Origin: Takakia lepidozioides
Taxonomy: Eukaryota; Plantae; Bryophyta
DNA: 64,000 nucleotides
Direction of reading: 5' to 3'
NCBI GenBank assembly: GCA_030704615.1
Contig: CM060734.1
Location: forward strand, 13,268,001 to 13,332,000
In this document: positions 22,960 through 36,476 of the stretch, piece after piece
Layout of the letters: every line of letters begins with the position of its first letter
How positions within the stretch are numbered: position 1 is the stretch's first letter
Made by a program: the position numbers and the translations under genes
The notes under the pieces: model-generated
Databases searched by the model: none
Told to the model about the DNA's origin: nothing
Seen by the model: the letters and a program-made list of their open reading frames with translations, nothing else

Positions 22960-25900
22960 GAGAGGTGAGGGGGGATGGTGGTGGTAGTGCTTAGATTTAT
23001 GAAGCGGCCATCGGGGTAGTGGACGATAATAAATACAGGGGGGTTGTTTGATACATAAGGTGTTCGGATAATAAACTGGGAGTATGGGTGAGGGGCCATT
23101 TGTATGCGTAAATTTTGGGTGAAAGGGAGGGTGGAGCTGGTGGGGGGGTGGGTGTATGTTTGGTAAGTATACAAGTAGGTGTGGTTAGAGGGGGGGCAGT
23201 AATATAAATAAACTTTAGCCTGGGGGCCTCTTGTCAGGAGCGGGCAGGGATGTAGAGTAGGAGTAGAGCTTGTGGTTTGGTTAAGAGGGGGGAAGGAATG
23301 GGCGGACGGATGATCTTTGTCATGGATGGACGCGGATGAATGTGCCCGTGGGAGTTTGAATTTACGGTTGTGGCTGTCAGGGATGTGAGGGCGGGTTGAT
23401 GTGATGTTGAGGACATTGGGTATGTGGCGAGCGGGCACGTTGGCCATGTGGCCGGTATTAATGAGGTGGCGCGATGATGTGATGGACAAGACTGGGGCGC
23501 TGGGCAAGCTCCCTCGCACCTGCGAGACTCACTACCCCCGTCGCCACAGCCAACACACACCCCTGCTCACCACACCGGCACGATTGTGATTGTAGTGGGT
23601 GCGAGGGTAGAGAACTTGTGCGCAATCCAGGGTGCATTTTGGAGAGTAAGCACTTGGAATGCAGGTGGAAGAGTGCATTGAGGCGGAAGGAAAAGCATGG
23701 TATTGCGTAGTAGAAGCCGGAAATACAAGCCTCCTATGGTGAGTAGTGATATGGAGAAGCAAGGGAGTCCAAGTGAGAGCTAGGGAGAGTAGAGCTGTCT
23801 GGAATAGACTATGGAGAGTGAAATGGCCTCTGGATTTAGCTAGGGACTCAAGCATTGGTGTTGGGGGCGTACATGGTAATGGTGCTCATCAATTGAGCCT
23901 TGGTGGTGTTCAGGGTCGGCAGTGACGCTGGCAGCAGCTGAGGCTCCGTTTTGACAGTGGCTGAGTCCACTGGGCTGAAGGCGGGGGGGGGGGGGTGGGC
24001 GGAAGTTTGATGAGAGTCGTAGTCGGTTGGCCCCTGCTTGCAAGTAGTTGCGTTGTCGGAAGAGATTGGGGTAGGTAACCCTGGCGGGGCAGCTTATCCA
24101 GCACAAGCTTAGCATGATTGTATAAGTTTTCCAGGTTGGCGCCAAGATTTTTGGTGATGGAGTCTTGAAGTGAAACAAGGTAAGAGTGGTGAGTTTCATG
24201 TTGGGTCGCAATGGTGAGGACGAACCTGTTCTCCATGGCTGCTAGATCACCCTTGAACTCGGATTTGATAGAGATGGCATGTGTAGCTAGTTTTTTGTCA
24301 ATCTCGGACATCAAAAAGTCATGCCCGTGCTTCGAGTTTGATGTGGATTTGATAGAGATAGAGTGGACAGTGTCAGCGAGGGCTTGGTTTTTGTTGGCTA
24401 CCCTCAGCCTGTCAAGAATTCCCGCCGCTGGCGGTGTGGCCCCGTTAGGGCTGATGGTATGCGGTTCGAACTGGATGAGCCTGTCAATTACGAGCACCGG
24501 CGGACGGTTGCACCATTGTGCGTAGACACTAGGATTCCGGCAGGTGACTCGAGCCATTGCGGTGTGTCTGGATTTCTCCATCCTGACGATTATGTTGAAG
24601 TGGATATGCTCCGTGCTGTAATTGCCGAAGATGCCAAGAAGGGCTGCCTCAGTGGCAGCCTACGAATGCAGCGGGTTAAGGTTTTTCACCACCAAGGTAA
24701 GGGCATCCCGCTCGGCGATGGCCTCTTGTGGTGTTGCGGTGATCCCTGCAGTCATGCTGGATCGACGAGTGCGGAGTTGCGGTTTGATCAGGGAGTGTTC
24801 GATGCGGACGCCTTGTATTAACGTGCGCTTCTTGGTATCCTCCGCAGCTAGATAGATAAATTTTTTTTGAAGTAGGTCCTGCCTTCTGATCATAGAGGAT
24901 TTCGAATTCATCTCCGTGCTGGTAAGTTTCCATGACAAGGTGCATGGTAAGCTTACTGGCGAGTTTGCCGAGCAGAACTTCGCTGGCTAAGCGGAGAGAT
25001 AGTCAGGCGAAGCAGGTAGGTCAAATGCTTTTTCAATTTTACCTTGCATTTTCGCCCCCGAGGCCATTGTCATGACGAAGGCGCGGTTTCCTTTGAGCAA
25101 TGCTAGTCCATCCGTGGCGGGGTGCAACAACTCCACCTTGAGAAAGCCATTCCAAGTTTTGCTCCCAGGCTTGGTGTAGGCAGTGACTGGGGAGTAGAGG
25201 ATGGTTCCCAGCGGGATATTCATGTCCTCAAAGCGCTTGGGGGCTCGGTAGAGAGCTAGCTCCTTGGGCATGTCTGTATCAGCATCAAACGGATGATGAT
25301 GTGCGGGGGCGAGGCCGAAAGGTCCGAGACTGGGTCAATCTGGGTGCTTTTGGGTAATTGGGTGAGCGGGAGGAGCTGGCCTTCACAGCCGTCGGGCCTT
25401 GTTGATGGGAAGTGGAGCTGGGAAACATGCGGGAACGCCTTTGGACAGTGGCGTATTTCTTGAATTTTGGAGTTGCACAGGCCAATGTACTGGAGTCCAA
25501 AGGAGGAGCGCTCCTCTGTGACGATGGGCAGCGCGGAGTCCACAGCATATTGCTCGAGAGTGGAGTATCTTGTCCAGAGATATTGCGGGTTGGAGGAGCC
25601 TGGAGAGCCTTCGCGTGGTGTGGGACTTTGCGAGCCTTTGGACTTTTTTTGATCTGAGTGGCTGCTCCCAGCCTCACTGTTGGATTCGCTAGCAATGCGC
25701 TTGGTGCGGGGGTGGACAGCCAACTCCTCCCTTGGCGGGTTGAGAACTGCGTGGAGTGGCGCCTGAATCTGGGCAGGTGTAGGTGAAAGCAGCGGGGGTG
25801 TAGCAGTGTGACCTCCGGATGGCTGCCCGTTGTTGATCTTGGCCGGGCTTTGCGTGGAGCGGGCTTGATATGCATTCTCTGCTGCAAAGAATTCGTCCGA

Positions 25901-28900
25901 GGGATGCATGTCACTGGCTTCCATCCCATCCATGCCGTAGTCTTTGTCCGTGTGATTAGCCATTGAGGTAGAACGTGGAACAGAGAGGGAGCTGGATTTC
26001 TTGCTACGCGTGACTATGGAAGAAGAAGGTCGCTGAGCCTTTTGAATATTGCCACCCCGTTTTTGTACGCTGCCGAGTTTAGAGCTAGACATGCGGAAGT
26101 GGAAGCCTTTAGCTGGAGACTGTGCTAGAGAGAGAGAGAAATGAGATGTAGAAGATGGGAATTGAGAGCTGGGGCAGTGATGGTTAGGGAGTGGGGTGGA
26201 GAGATTGTGTGAGGTGAGGGGTGGTTGCAGTATATATGAGCAGGTAGGTTGGTGGTGACTTCGCAGCACTTGGCGGCGAGGCCCCTCTGGTGTATTAATT
26301 GGAGCCGTTGCCCATTTGTGTTTGCGCGGCGGCATTGGGGTGTTTGGGAGAGGGGGGATGTAATGGAGAGTAATCGAAGTGCTAGGTGGTGACGGGGGTC
26401 TGTCAGCGGGCAGAGCTATGCGACGTAAATTGTGAGAGATCCGATGTGTTGGGGGGTGATGCTAGCCGTCACAGAGTTAAATTGAGAGTGATGGTGAGGA
26501 CGTAGGAGGGGGGCGTTAAGCCAATTTAGGGAGCTTAGCATTAAGAGGTTTCTGTCATTGTAGACTGTGGATGAGAAAAGGAGTGAGTGTGGATTGGGTG
26601 TGTTAATAACGTGCCTGCAGAGGGGGGCGTGCATTGGCTGGCGCAGGTTGAAATTTATGAGAGTGTGACTACTTGTAGTTGTGATGCTCGTGTGAGTTGT
26701 GGACTGGGATTTTACGGGTAATAAGGGGCATGCATTGGTTCCTGTGCAGAGCAAGGGAGGGGTCTGAGATTGTGTGGTGAGGCTTTGGATGATGTATGAG
26801 GAGTATAGCTATGGGTGACTAACTTGCTCCTGTGCATGTGTGGCCAGGTATGCATGTGGCAATCTGAGATGGAGGCGGGCAGAGACCCGCGGAAAGGGTT
26901 TGGGGGGGTTGTGGGGGGCTAGGATAGAGTAGACAGTATAGTGGGACATGAGGATTGGGGGGAGATAGGGGTCGATCTGTGCTTTGTGTAGCGGGTATAG
27001 TTATCAGAGATGGTATATGGGCTGCATTGGTTGTGTTGAGGGCATGGTAAGGGGGAGTATACAAGATATGGGCCATGTGGGCTTGTTATGTGGTTAGGAA
27101 CCGAGGCCCTGGACTGGGGCAGCATGCAGTGGAGGCAATGAGGGGAGAGTATGCATTGGGGGAATGCGTGTAGAGTGGGTACGTATGTTGGGCAAGTGTG
27201 TGGAAACAGCTGGGGTAGAGAGATCCATTGCCCTTGAGAGAAATTGACATATGCAGGGCATATTGTCAGAGTTGAATTAGATACAGAGAGCCATTGAATC
27301 AGAGTAACATTTGGAGTGGAAATTAGGTGTTGTGAGAGGTCCACGTTTATCAAGTAAGCTCGGTGGGCAGACTTGGGCAGTTTGGATAGTAGGTGACACC
27401 TAGGAAGATGTCTGAAGTGATGATTTTGAATAGTGACATAAGGTGGCGAAGTGAGTTTTATGGGCAGATGGGGGGGTAGGGCAAACCTGAGAGACAGTGG
27501 CCATCTGGAGAGATGTGCAAAGTGGAAATTTCTGTATAGATAGGGTACATATGCGGGCCATATGTGACATATTGGTTGGAGTCTTGTGGCAGGGCCATTA
27601 AGAGAGGGATTGCAGTTAGTACAGTAGATAGGAAAATATGGGGGGGGGCCCGGTGGTGCAAGGGCAGAGTACAGTGAAGGGCATGAGGAGGAGTATGGAT
27701 TGGGGAGTTTGTTGTAGCAAGGGTGAAACTGCAGGGCAGAGGTGCAGTAGCAGTTGGGGTGGAGAGAGCAATTGCAGACGAGAGACACAAAGATATGTAG
27801 AGCATATTGTCAAAAGTGAGTGAGAGAACGAGAGCCATTGAGATTGAATAACACTTGAAGAGGTACGTAGACTGGGTGGTCCATAGATGAAAAATAAACT
27901 AGGTAAGTGGAGTGTAGCAACTTGGTTAGAAGATGATACCTGGCAGGATGGCGAGAGTGACGGTTCTGAATAGATGGAGGAGGTGGTAGAGGGTGCTGCC
28001 GGGACAGCTGGTCAGGTGGGACGAGACTGAGGTTCGGGAGCCATCTGGGGAGATGGACGAAGTGGTATTTGTTGGGTATAGAAGATACATACGCCGAGCA
28101 TATGTGAGACTTTGAGTGGAGCCTGGTCACACAGCCAGTGAGAGAGCGATTGTGGTTAGTACAGCAGACAGAAAATGGTGAAAGTGCTACATTTGCTGTG
28201 TAATTGGGAGGGGCAATGCAGTGCACAGGATTGGCAGGCAGTGAGAGTGCTGTTGGGTGTGGGAGCAGAGAGGTGGGATATGCAGCAGGGTGCCAGTAGG
28301 GTAGCAATGTAGACAACAAGAATTCGGGCAGACTGTAGTTGTTCAGTATGTAACAATGGCATATAGCATAGATGGTGGAGGGAGTGGTAGTGGAAGTGAA
28401 GTGGATGATGGTGTGGTTAGGGGCCTTGGGTGGTGGCTGAGACATAGAAGGGGTTTGGAGCAGAAGATCTGGGGTGCTGGGTGAATTGAAGGTGGGTCGG
28501 GGAGGTAGGACTGAGCACTGGAGTAGTGAGTAGGGCTTGGAAGTGGTAAATGCTGCGTACAGTGTTGAGCAAGAATTGGGGAAAGCACCAACAGAGAAAT
28601 GTGGAAACGATTGCAATAAAGGAAGGAGTGGTATAAATATTGAGTGAGGGGTGAGTATGCTTCCTGGTAGAAAATAGACGGTAAGGTAATGGATGTTGGA
28701 GCTGGAGCCGCCTTCTTGGCAGGGATATCGGGGTCCAGATGATGATAAGTGACTCCATGCCTCGAGATCGACACTCGCCCTCGCCAAGGGCTATAGGTAG
28801 AGCATAAGGTCCGCCAGTCCTTATACGCCATTGTGTGCAGGCCCATTCATCATATGAGACTGTTCATGTAGAGTACTAGAAGGGGGGTGGGAAAGTGTCC

Positions 28901-29640
28901 ATACACCCAGATCGTCAATATCAAAAGCGCCGAGCTGAGAAGTTGTGCTCCACGGGAAGCACCTGTGGAGAAGCGGGTGTATGACAGGGGGAAGCAACCC
29001 GCCGGTGTGGACTGCTCGTGGGTAGAGGATAGGCAGATTGACCCCTGATGGGTAGTGCGTCGTTGTGAGTCTGGCAGCTGAATCGCAGCTCCATAGCGGA
29101 TAGAGGGGTGGAGGATGGTAGAACTTCCAACACCAGACAGGGGAGCTTGAATATGCCAAAGTAAGAATCGATGCAGTAACCATAATGTGAAATAGCGAAT
29201 ACACCGTAAAGAGACCCTCGAGGCCATTGGTATGGTGAGCTTTGAGCAGACAGGTATGGCGACCATCTGGAGGCCTGATGCAACTGGCCTGACGAGAAGG
29301 GATATGCCGAGCGGTCGTAGAACAGAATCGTTCCCAAAATGATGAGAAAATGAGCAATAGATAGCTTAAAAGACGCGTAAGGGAGAGACGAGTCTTACAT
29401 TCGAGGAAGAACGAGGTAGGGGTGCTGCGAAGCAGCAGAATATCGCCCCGACCCGCGGGACGAGCTATGGCTGGAGATGAAGCTAAACCCCCAGCTAGGG
29501 GTACATTAGCGGAACCGCTGTCGGGAGGGGAAACGCCCATGAAAAAAAAGGGAAAAGATGGTGGAACCCTATAGAATTAGTCATGACTAAGAATTTAGCA
29601 GAGGCTGGCGGCGGGAAGGCGGAGCTCCGCCTTCCCCTAG
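22960..29640 (-). mobile_element. 5' region of a long LINE (leader plus frameshifted ORF1-like frame 26092-23900)
   Basis: Chain of co-oriented ORFs 25256-26335, 24987-25271, 24660-24938, 23910-24581 and 23840-24211. Same C-rich sense bias as the RT/APE pieces. Its 5' terminus is shared with 62396-62481. Confidence 0.55.
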
Positions 29641-31506
29641 GACGAGGTGGACCCACAGATTAATGACATCCAAAATACTATTCGCAACTTCAATTGGGGT
29701 GCGGACTCCTTTGACAAAAAGCCTAGACCAGCGGTGTCATGGGCCCAAATCTGTCTCCCCAAAAATCAAGGTGGTTTGGGGGTAATGGACCGAGGCACCC
29801 AAATCATGGCTCTTCTGGGCAAATGGGTGGTTCACTTGGTAGGCCCTGAGGGTGGTTGGTGGAAAAGCCTCATTATCCCCCACATTAAAGTCAGCTCCCC
29901 ATTGCTATCTAAGCAATAGGGCCCATCCCTCAGGTGGATAACTCATGGTTTCAGTCATAAATCTGCAGGTTCCCCCCTATGGCAGGCCATCTGGGCAGTT
30001 TGCAGGAAGAAAGCTCGGCCCCTACTTATTAAGTCCGAGCCTGTCTCTTATGAAGAAACAATGAGACAATTTTTGACCCTTAACACCAACGATCCTTCTT
30101 CACTACAGAAACAACAGACTGCCAAATGGTCATCTTGGGGCTCTCCGTGGCTCACATCCGGGACATTTGGGATGGTAATTCCTTCGTTTCTCACGAGATC
30201 ATCAACCAAAATGTGGGCTCTCTCAGGGGTAATGCAGGTTACGGCATGCTGCTTCAAACTATTCCCAACCATTGGGTTTCTATCCTCCAAATACGATAGC
30301 CCACTCTCAACAGTTCACAGACTGCTCAACTATGACATGATAACCAGGAAGACACCCTCCGCTCTGCTACTCTCTGTAACATCTGGAAAACTAGGTGTCA
30401 ATGGGCTTTGGGTGGAGAGCGGTCCTACACTTCTCTTTTACTGACCACTATTTTCTTGGATGTTCAAACTGAAGCAAGGAAGGCCTTGGTCAAAATGCAC
30501 GCAGACATCTGCAGGGATCCGGAGGCTGAGCCTCAGCTCTTTAATAAATTCAAAACTACATGGGGAAGAGGAGACATCATATGCAGCGCTTCGTCAGCCG
30601 ACTGTCACTGGTCCCCGCATCCCCCTCTTGTCTGGCAAGTGAATCAGACTCCCATCCCCTGACTCCCCGGAATTCGAGAGGGAGGTTAATTGGAAGCACC
30701 TCTCCGGCCGTCGTGCGGCCAGGCAACGCTCAACTGCTAGGCTCAGCTTCGACACTTAGTCTTTCTGCCAACTCCAGCTCGGAATGATGGTTGCAGGCTC
30801 CGGCAACTCCCCCATGGCATGACCTGATGCTTCCCCCTGGGCTCAATTCTCCTTATAGCTCATGCTGCAGAGGTCATACTTATAAGCTATTCCAAAATCA
30901 AGAATCCACAAAAGTCTCTCAAGCTCTCCTATCCCTCCCCCCCTGGTCCAGGCGAAATCAGTTACTATTCAGCTCAACTGTGGCTTCGACAATTAGTCTT
31001 TCTGCCAACTCCAGCTCCGAATGGTGGTTGCAGGCTCAGGCAGCTCCCCGATGGCATGTCTTCAAGCTTCCCCCTAGGCTGCCAGTTCTTAAGAACCCAA
31101 TGTCTCTCAAGCTATCCTATCCCACCTGTCGGTAGAGGCGAAATCAGTTACAATTCCCTCATCTTTTGTCTAAGTATCTCGCCTTCTACCTCTGTATCTC
31201 CTCAGGATAGATCGTAGAGTTCTCACACTTTGCCACCGTTCCAGCCCATTCTAGAAACTACTCTGGCCCGCCAGTCGACCATCGCTGGCCGGGTCGTCTT
31301 CCCTCTGGGCTCACTCCTCGTGGGCCCATTGTGAATGGATTCTTTTTTCATCCACTACGCAAAGTTTCATCCACTATGGATTGGGTCACTCCCCGCTGAG
31401 TCTATGGGTTCGCCCTCGCCAAGTATTGGCATTATGGCCCCTTGGGGTTTGTTTTTTCCCCTCATTAATAAAATTCGAGGGCTATTATCCCTTCTTTAAA
31501 AAAAAG
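29641..31506 (+). mobile_element. 5'-truncated L1-clade LINE (ORF2 C-terminus, 3' UTR, poly-A)
   Basis: IRNFNWG...VSWAQICLPKNQGGLGV...LLGKW, AATAAA near 31467 followed by an A-run at ~31498-31505, and a duplicated UTR block (30716-30860 vs 30946-31080). Confidence 0.8.
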
Positions 31507-33296
31507 GAAAAGAAGCCATTCCTGCAGAAAAATGAGTCCATTTCTCCTACTTCAACCGCACAAAGTGATGTTGAATCTCAATATGTAGAGCAATTTCACG
31601 GAAGCAAGGCCAGGTAATCCCTAGGGATTCGTTTGAAGGAGGGTCGGATGAATGGGGATGGCGCAGAAAGGGGTGTGGATAGAGGTAATTTGGCTTGTGA
31701 GGTGTCAAGTAAAGCGAGAAATAAGGAATGGAGGCCACCTAGAAGCTACCATAGTTCTAGAGCTTTCCAAAAAGGAGGATGAGGTGGTGGGCCCTTCTAG
31801 AAGGTCCCACCACCGCCTTGAGACACTACATAAAGAGGGTGAGGGCTCCCTTTTTAGGGGTTTCTTGGGCCTCCACCTCACTTTGGTGGGCTTTGCTAGC
31901 AAGCAGAGCCCCCCATAAAAATGTAAAATTGGAACCTATACCATCTACGAATAAATGTTTAGTTTGTACATGGAACGTTGGATCCGAAATGCAAATTTGA
32001 TTCAAAAAATAATCATGCGACCTTTACGATGAGGATGACCAATATCCAGAAGCAGCCATGTAATTACTGAGCTGCAGATAAAGCAATTGTTGGCTGCTTC
32101 TTACTGCTCCAGCAACTACAAGCATTTGACACATAAAAACACATCCTATGGTAGATAGGGATTTTTAGTATTTTTCAGTAGGAGACATCCTGGGGCACTT
32201 TATCCTTTTTTCTGAACAAGTCCACGATCAGGTGTCAGGGATCCTGTACGCATGTTTCGAGACAGAAATTGGGGAAGATCAGATGTGTGTCATGTTTTTC
32301 TGAAGCAAGAGAATCGGAGGCTCCCATATGAATTAGTATGGCACCCGTTGTTGTAGCGGTAGTGGGTGCATGATTGAGAATGCCGAGTCTCCACCAGGCT
32401 AACACCTTCTGCCGCTAAGAGATAGATCGGCACCTGCTTTCAACTACTGCCCAATTCCATCTGGCCCTCGGCCATTGATGTGAAGCAATGGCAGAGGTTT
32501 GGAAGCATGTCGCACACACATACATCAGTCAAGAGATCTGTGTTGCTCCAGATTTTCGAAGAGTGCATCTTCAGCACTGTGGCTTCGTAGAGGAAACCCA
32601 CCTGTCATCCATATGTCTGTATGGGTGCACAAAGAAATTCTTCCAGGACTATTTGTGGCTTCAGAGATTGTGCTTTGCGTGTTAGGACCTGCCCATTGTC
32701 AGAGAGGAGGCAGAGGAGATGGAGGGAATTATTACATACTTGAGAGGCACACCGGGAGCCAGCGATTTTGGGTCCGTGCACTGCTGAAGAAGTCACTGCC
32801 AATGTGTCCTTGAGCTCACTCACCGCCATTGTCACTGGTATGCTTTGCCGCTCTCCCCTCTTCTGTGGCTTTTTGGTTTTGTGACATCAGCCATATCATA
32901 ATTCACACCCTTCCAGCTGCATCCTCTCAGCAACAAGGCCACCCTTTAACTTTCCCTTGTAGTATCGATGCGAAAGAGTTCACAAATAACAATTCAAGTA
33001 TCGTTGTTGGGTTGACTTGGACAACATTTTCCAACTGTCGTCTTCTAGGTATGCAAGGAACATCTACAGAGCGAAAAATTGTGGCACTAAATTATATTAC
33101 CCAGCCCTGTTCTTGTCACAATTAACGACAATCCAGTTGCAAGATATTGATCGGTTATCTGAGGGTTGAATTTGACATCAAATTAGTACCATGATTGTAC
33201 ACCTGTTACAGTAACGCCGCCATGATACATTTGGTTGTGCTTACACTACCCACTGTGGAAACGGCAGAGAGAGGGAATCTGACAACAGAGGGGTGA

Positions 33297-36200
33297 ATGA
33301 CAGGGGCTACGTCTGGGATAGGGACGGAGACTGCACGGGTACTTGCAAAGAGAGGGGCACATGTCATTCTTGCTGTCCGGAACACAAAGGTGGCAGGGGG
33401 AGTGAAGTTGGGAATACTTGAGGAAAGCCCGGATGCACATGTGGACATTGCACATCTGGACCTCAATTCCCTCTCATCTGTACACGAATTTGCAGCTCAA
33501 TTCAAAGCTCGGAATATTCCTCTTCACATGCTCATGTCTGCACCATGCCTGTCCCTTCTACTTATGTAGATCTTTGCTTGCAGGGAATGAGTTACAAAAG
33601 AGACAGAGAGAGGAAGGTAGCAAAGGGTACGGTACAATAGAGCTCTGACATGCATTATTCGAAGAGATCACTTTGAATTTGAGGAAATCTGGACACAGTC
33701 ATGCATTAGGAATCTTGAGAAGGAAAGGGCATGATCAAGTACGCCGACATCCTTCACATTCTCAATGGTGGATCAAGTACCAGTCCCGACTCTTCTTGAA
33801 TTCCATCTACTCTTTCTTGAAGGATGTGATCCTCTGAATAATGCCAGGCCTGCAGGCTGTTGGTCGAGGATGACTTCTCACTCTGGAGATTAGCTCTGCA
33901 GATATTCTTGGATCTGGAGAAATAGTAGAATCTAATTATCAGAGTAGTATAAAAAGACAAAAGAAATGGTTATGTCTGAGAGAGGCCCAGTTGTCCAAGT
34001 CATAGGGTATAAAAAGTGAGTCAAACCAGAGAGCTCCACAGGAGGGCCCATAGGAAAGTAGAAGAACAAGAATCCACATCAAAAGACACCAGAGGTTGCC
34101 GAAGACGAAGTACCTCATGCAGGTAAGTTCTCAGATAGCCCGGAAGAGAGTGGAACTTTTACTGCATCCAGAACAGCCCGAATGCTTAATAAGGTGAAAG
34201 CAAATCTACGGAGTAGCTGTCGAAAGCTCTGGAGTTAAATTGGCTATGATTGTGCTCAGAGCTTTCTCAATTATGTTCGTATGTAGTTGATGTACACAGC
34301 TTCATTCAGCAAAATTTTGAAAGATTGAGAAGTGATGGTTGTGGCAAGGAACTACTTCAAGGATTCTCACAGATATGTTGGGCTGTAAAGTAACAATGCA
34401 GGTGCGATTTTTTTCAAGTTCCAGGGAGATGGCTTGGAGAAGACATTCGCTACAAATCACATTGGCAAGTAATAATGTGTCCTTCTACTCTGTTGTTATT
34501 CAAATCTGTTGATGTCATTCTGTGAGGATTTGTCGTGATCTTGTGACTCATTTTCATGATATCTCTCCCTCAACCATAGCATACTTTTAGTTGATGGAAG
34601 AGTCCCGTGATCAGTTTCAGCAGGGGTCATGTTCCGCCAATATCAATGCACCGATGAAGTTCTGCATATGCAGCCCAAAGTATGCATGGGGTTGGCAAGT
34701 ACACACAAACAGTGACTGTGCTTCATCTTTTGAACCATCACATGGTGTGTGTGGGGCAAAAAACCAATCTTCTTTAAATGTGGATGTTCATTCACAATCA
34801 TAGTGACATGGCATGCAGGCCCGTTTCTCCTCACCAATCTGCTTCTTGATGTCATGAAAGCAACAGCCGAGGAAACTGGGATTGAGGGGCGCATTGTGAT
34901 GGTGTCATCTTTAGGTTACAAGTTCACTTACAGTGGTGGAATTGCTTTTGACAAGCTGAATGATGAAAAAAGGTAAAGATAGTCTACCTTTCCCTATCTC
35001 CTTCTCTCACCTCATCTCGAGTGGTTTCTTGTTGTGCTACTTTGTCCCATAGGGGTTATTGGACAAATCACACAGCAGATTGATGCTTGTGTAAGGGGAT
35101 TTCTAGAGGATATCTGGAAAACTCAGGTCGATTGTCTGTTCCAAGGTAAGTCATACTACCTGCGTCAGCCCTGACAAAGGTAGTTTCTGTCCCTTTGTGT
35201 TCCCCTCAAACTGGGCGCAGGGTCAATGGCCACAAGGCTACGGCAAACAACGTCTTATAAGTACATTTTCAAGGGCGCTCCTTGTATATCTCTCTGCGAA
35301 GCGCAGGGAAAGTATTCTTTCACTAGACTTTCCTCTGCACAAATTAAGTGGCTGGGTATAGTGGGAGCAACAAAGCGCAGGTGCAGCTCCTTCAGGGAGG
35401 CATGCGTTTTATTCTATGACTGTTTTGCTGCAGGAAGAAGGCGCCAATGTGACAAGCAACGCACTTCACCCTGGCCCTATCAACACCAACTTAGGTGGTG
35501 ATCACAATAGCATTCTGAAAAGTAAGGTCTCTCACTTGTTCCTCGCCCCATGTAGTGCAACATTTAGGTGTCTTTTGGTAAATGTGGGAGGGTAATGCCT
35601 CTTACTTTGGCTGGGTGGACCATCAATTATATTCTCCCAAAGAGGCCTATGTGGGGAAAGGGGTTGCACTAGAGCGCCACAGGCTACTCCAATAGTGGTA
35701 TGTACCTATTGAAGATAAGGGGGAGGAAGGGTGCAAGCAAGAGAAAGGACAAGAGCTTCATGACGTCCAGAAACATCGAACTTACGGAACATGGTATTGT
35801 GTCTGACAGAAATTCTTTATGGTGCTGCTGCCCCTTTTGTGAAAACGGTTCCTCAGGTATGCTTTACAAGGCTCACTTTACACCAAACTTTAGCAGAAGG
35901 CGCAAGTGCATGCAAATATTGGCTGTGTTGGTAAACTGTAAATCACCTGGGTGCAATAGTTGCGGTGCTATTTATTGAAGTAGCTGCCTAAGCATTCCAA
36001 TTTGAAAGTTTGCGGATAGTATTTGCATCTACCCGTGCAGAGCATGGTGTCTTGCAATTAACATTGGGATAGCCAACGGATAAAGGCATTGAGTGGTGAA
36101 TGGCCTTAGTATCTGCACCAAGGCTGACATTGCGCATCTGGAGGCCCTAAGGATGTTCCTAATTGAGTTTTGTCAGCATCTGGTTCGTCAAGAATACCAA

Positions 36201-36476
36201 CCTCATAGACAAGCAAATGAAGGATGACAGCACTTTCATGTTCAGTTGCTGAGCACAAAGGCAAGATGCTTGATTACAAATAATCTGAAAGAATAAATTT
36301 GGGTATTACATGCGGCCACGACATGTTATGTGGCCACCAGCCCAGCTCTCAAGGGGGTATCAGGGAAATTTTTTTCCGACTGCAATGAGGAGTCATGTTC
36401 ATCTTATGCCACTGATGCGGACGCAGCAGCTGCTCTTTGGAAGTTCAGTGAGGACTTCACAACCTCCAAATTGTAG
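33297..36476 (+). pseudogene. Tic32/retinol-dehydrogenase-like short-chain dehydrogenase (multi-exon, probably non-functional)
   Basis: Exons ~33297-33535 (TGATSGIG, LDLNSL), 34391-34464 (NNAG...FATNHIG, GC donor), 34819-34972, 35434-35521 (LHPG), 35810-35856 and ~36312-36476 (ATTCYVA...GKFFSDCN). No YxxxK exon found. Confidence 0.8.

Noticed and set aside
26416-28846. Long Pro/His/Thr-rich ORFs as host genes (also 42116-44316)
   Set aside because: Low-complexity overlapping frames caused by C-rich strand bias, with no recognisable domain or splice structure.
29613-29640. Helitron 3' end (hairpin plus CTAG)
   Set aside because: CTAG abuts the palindrome without the usual spacer and is absent from the related copy at 62460-62481. 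No Rep/helicase was seen.
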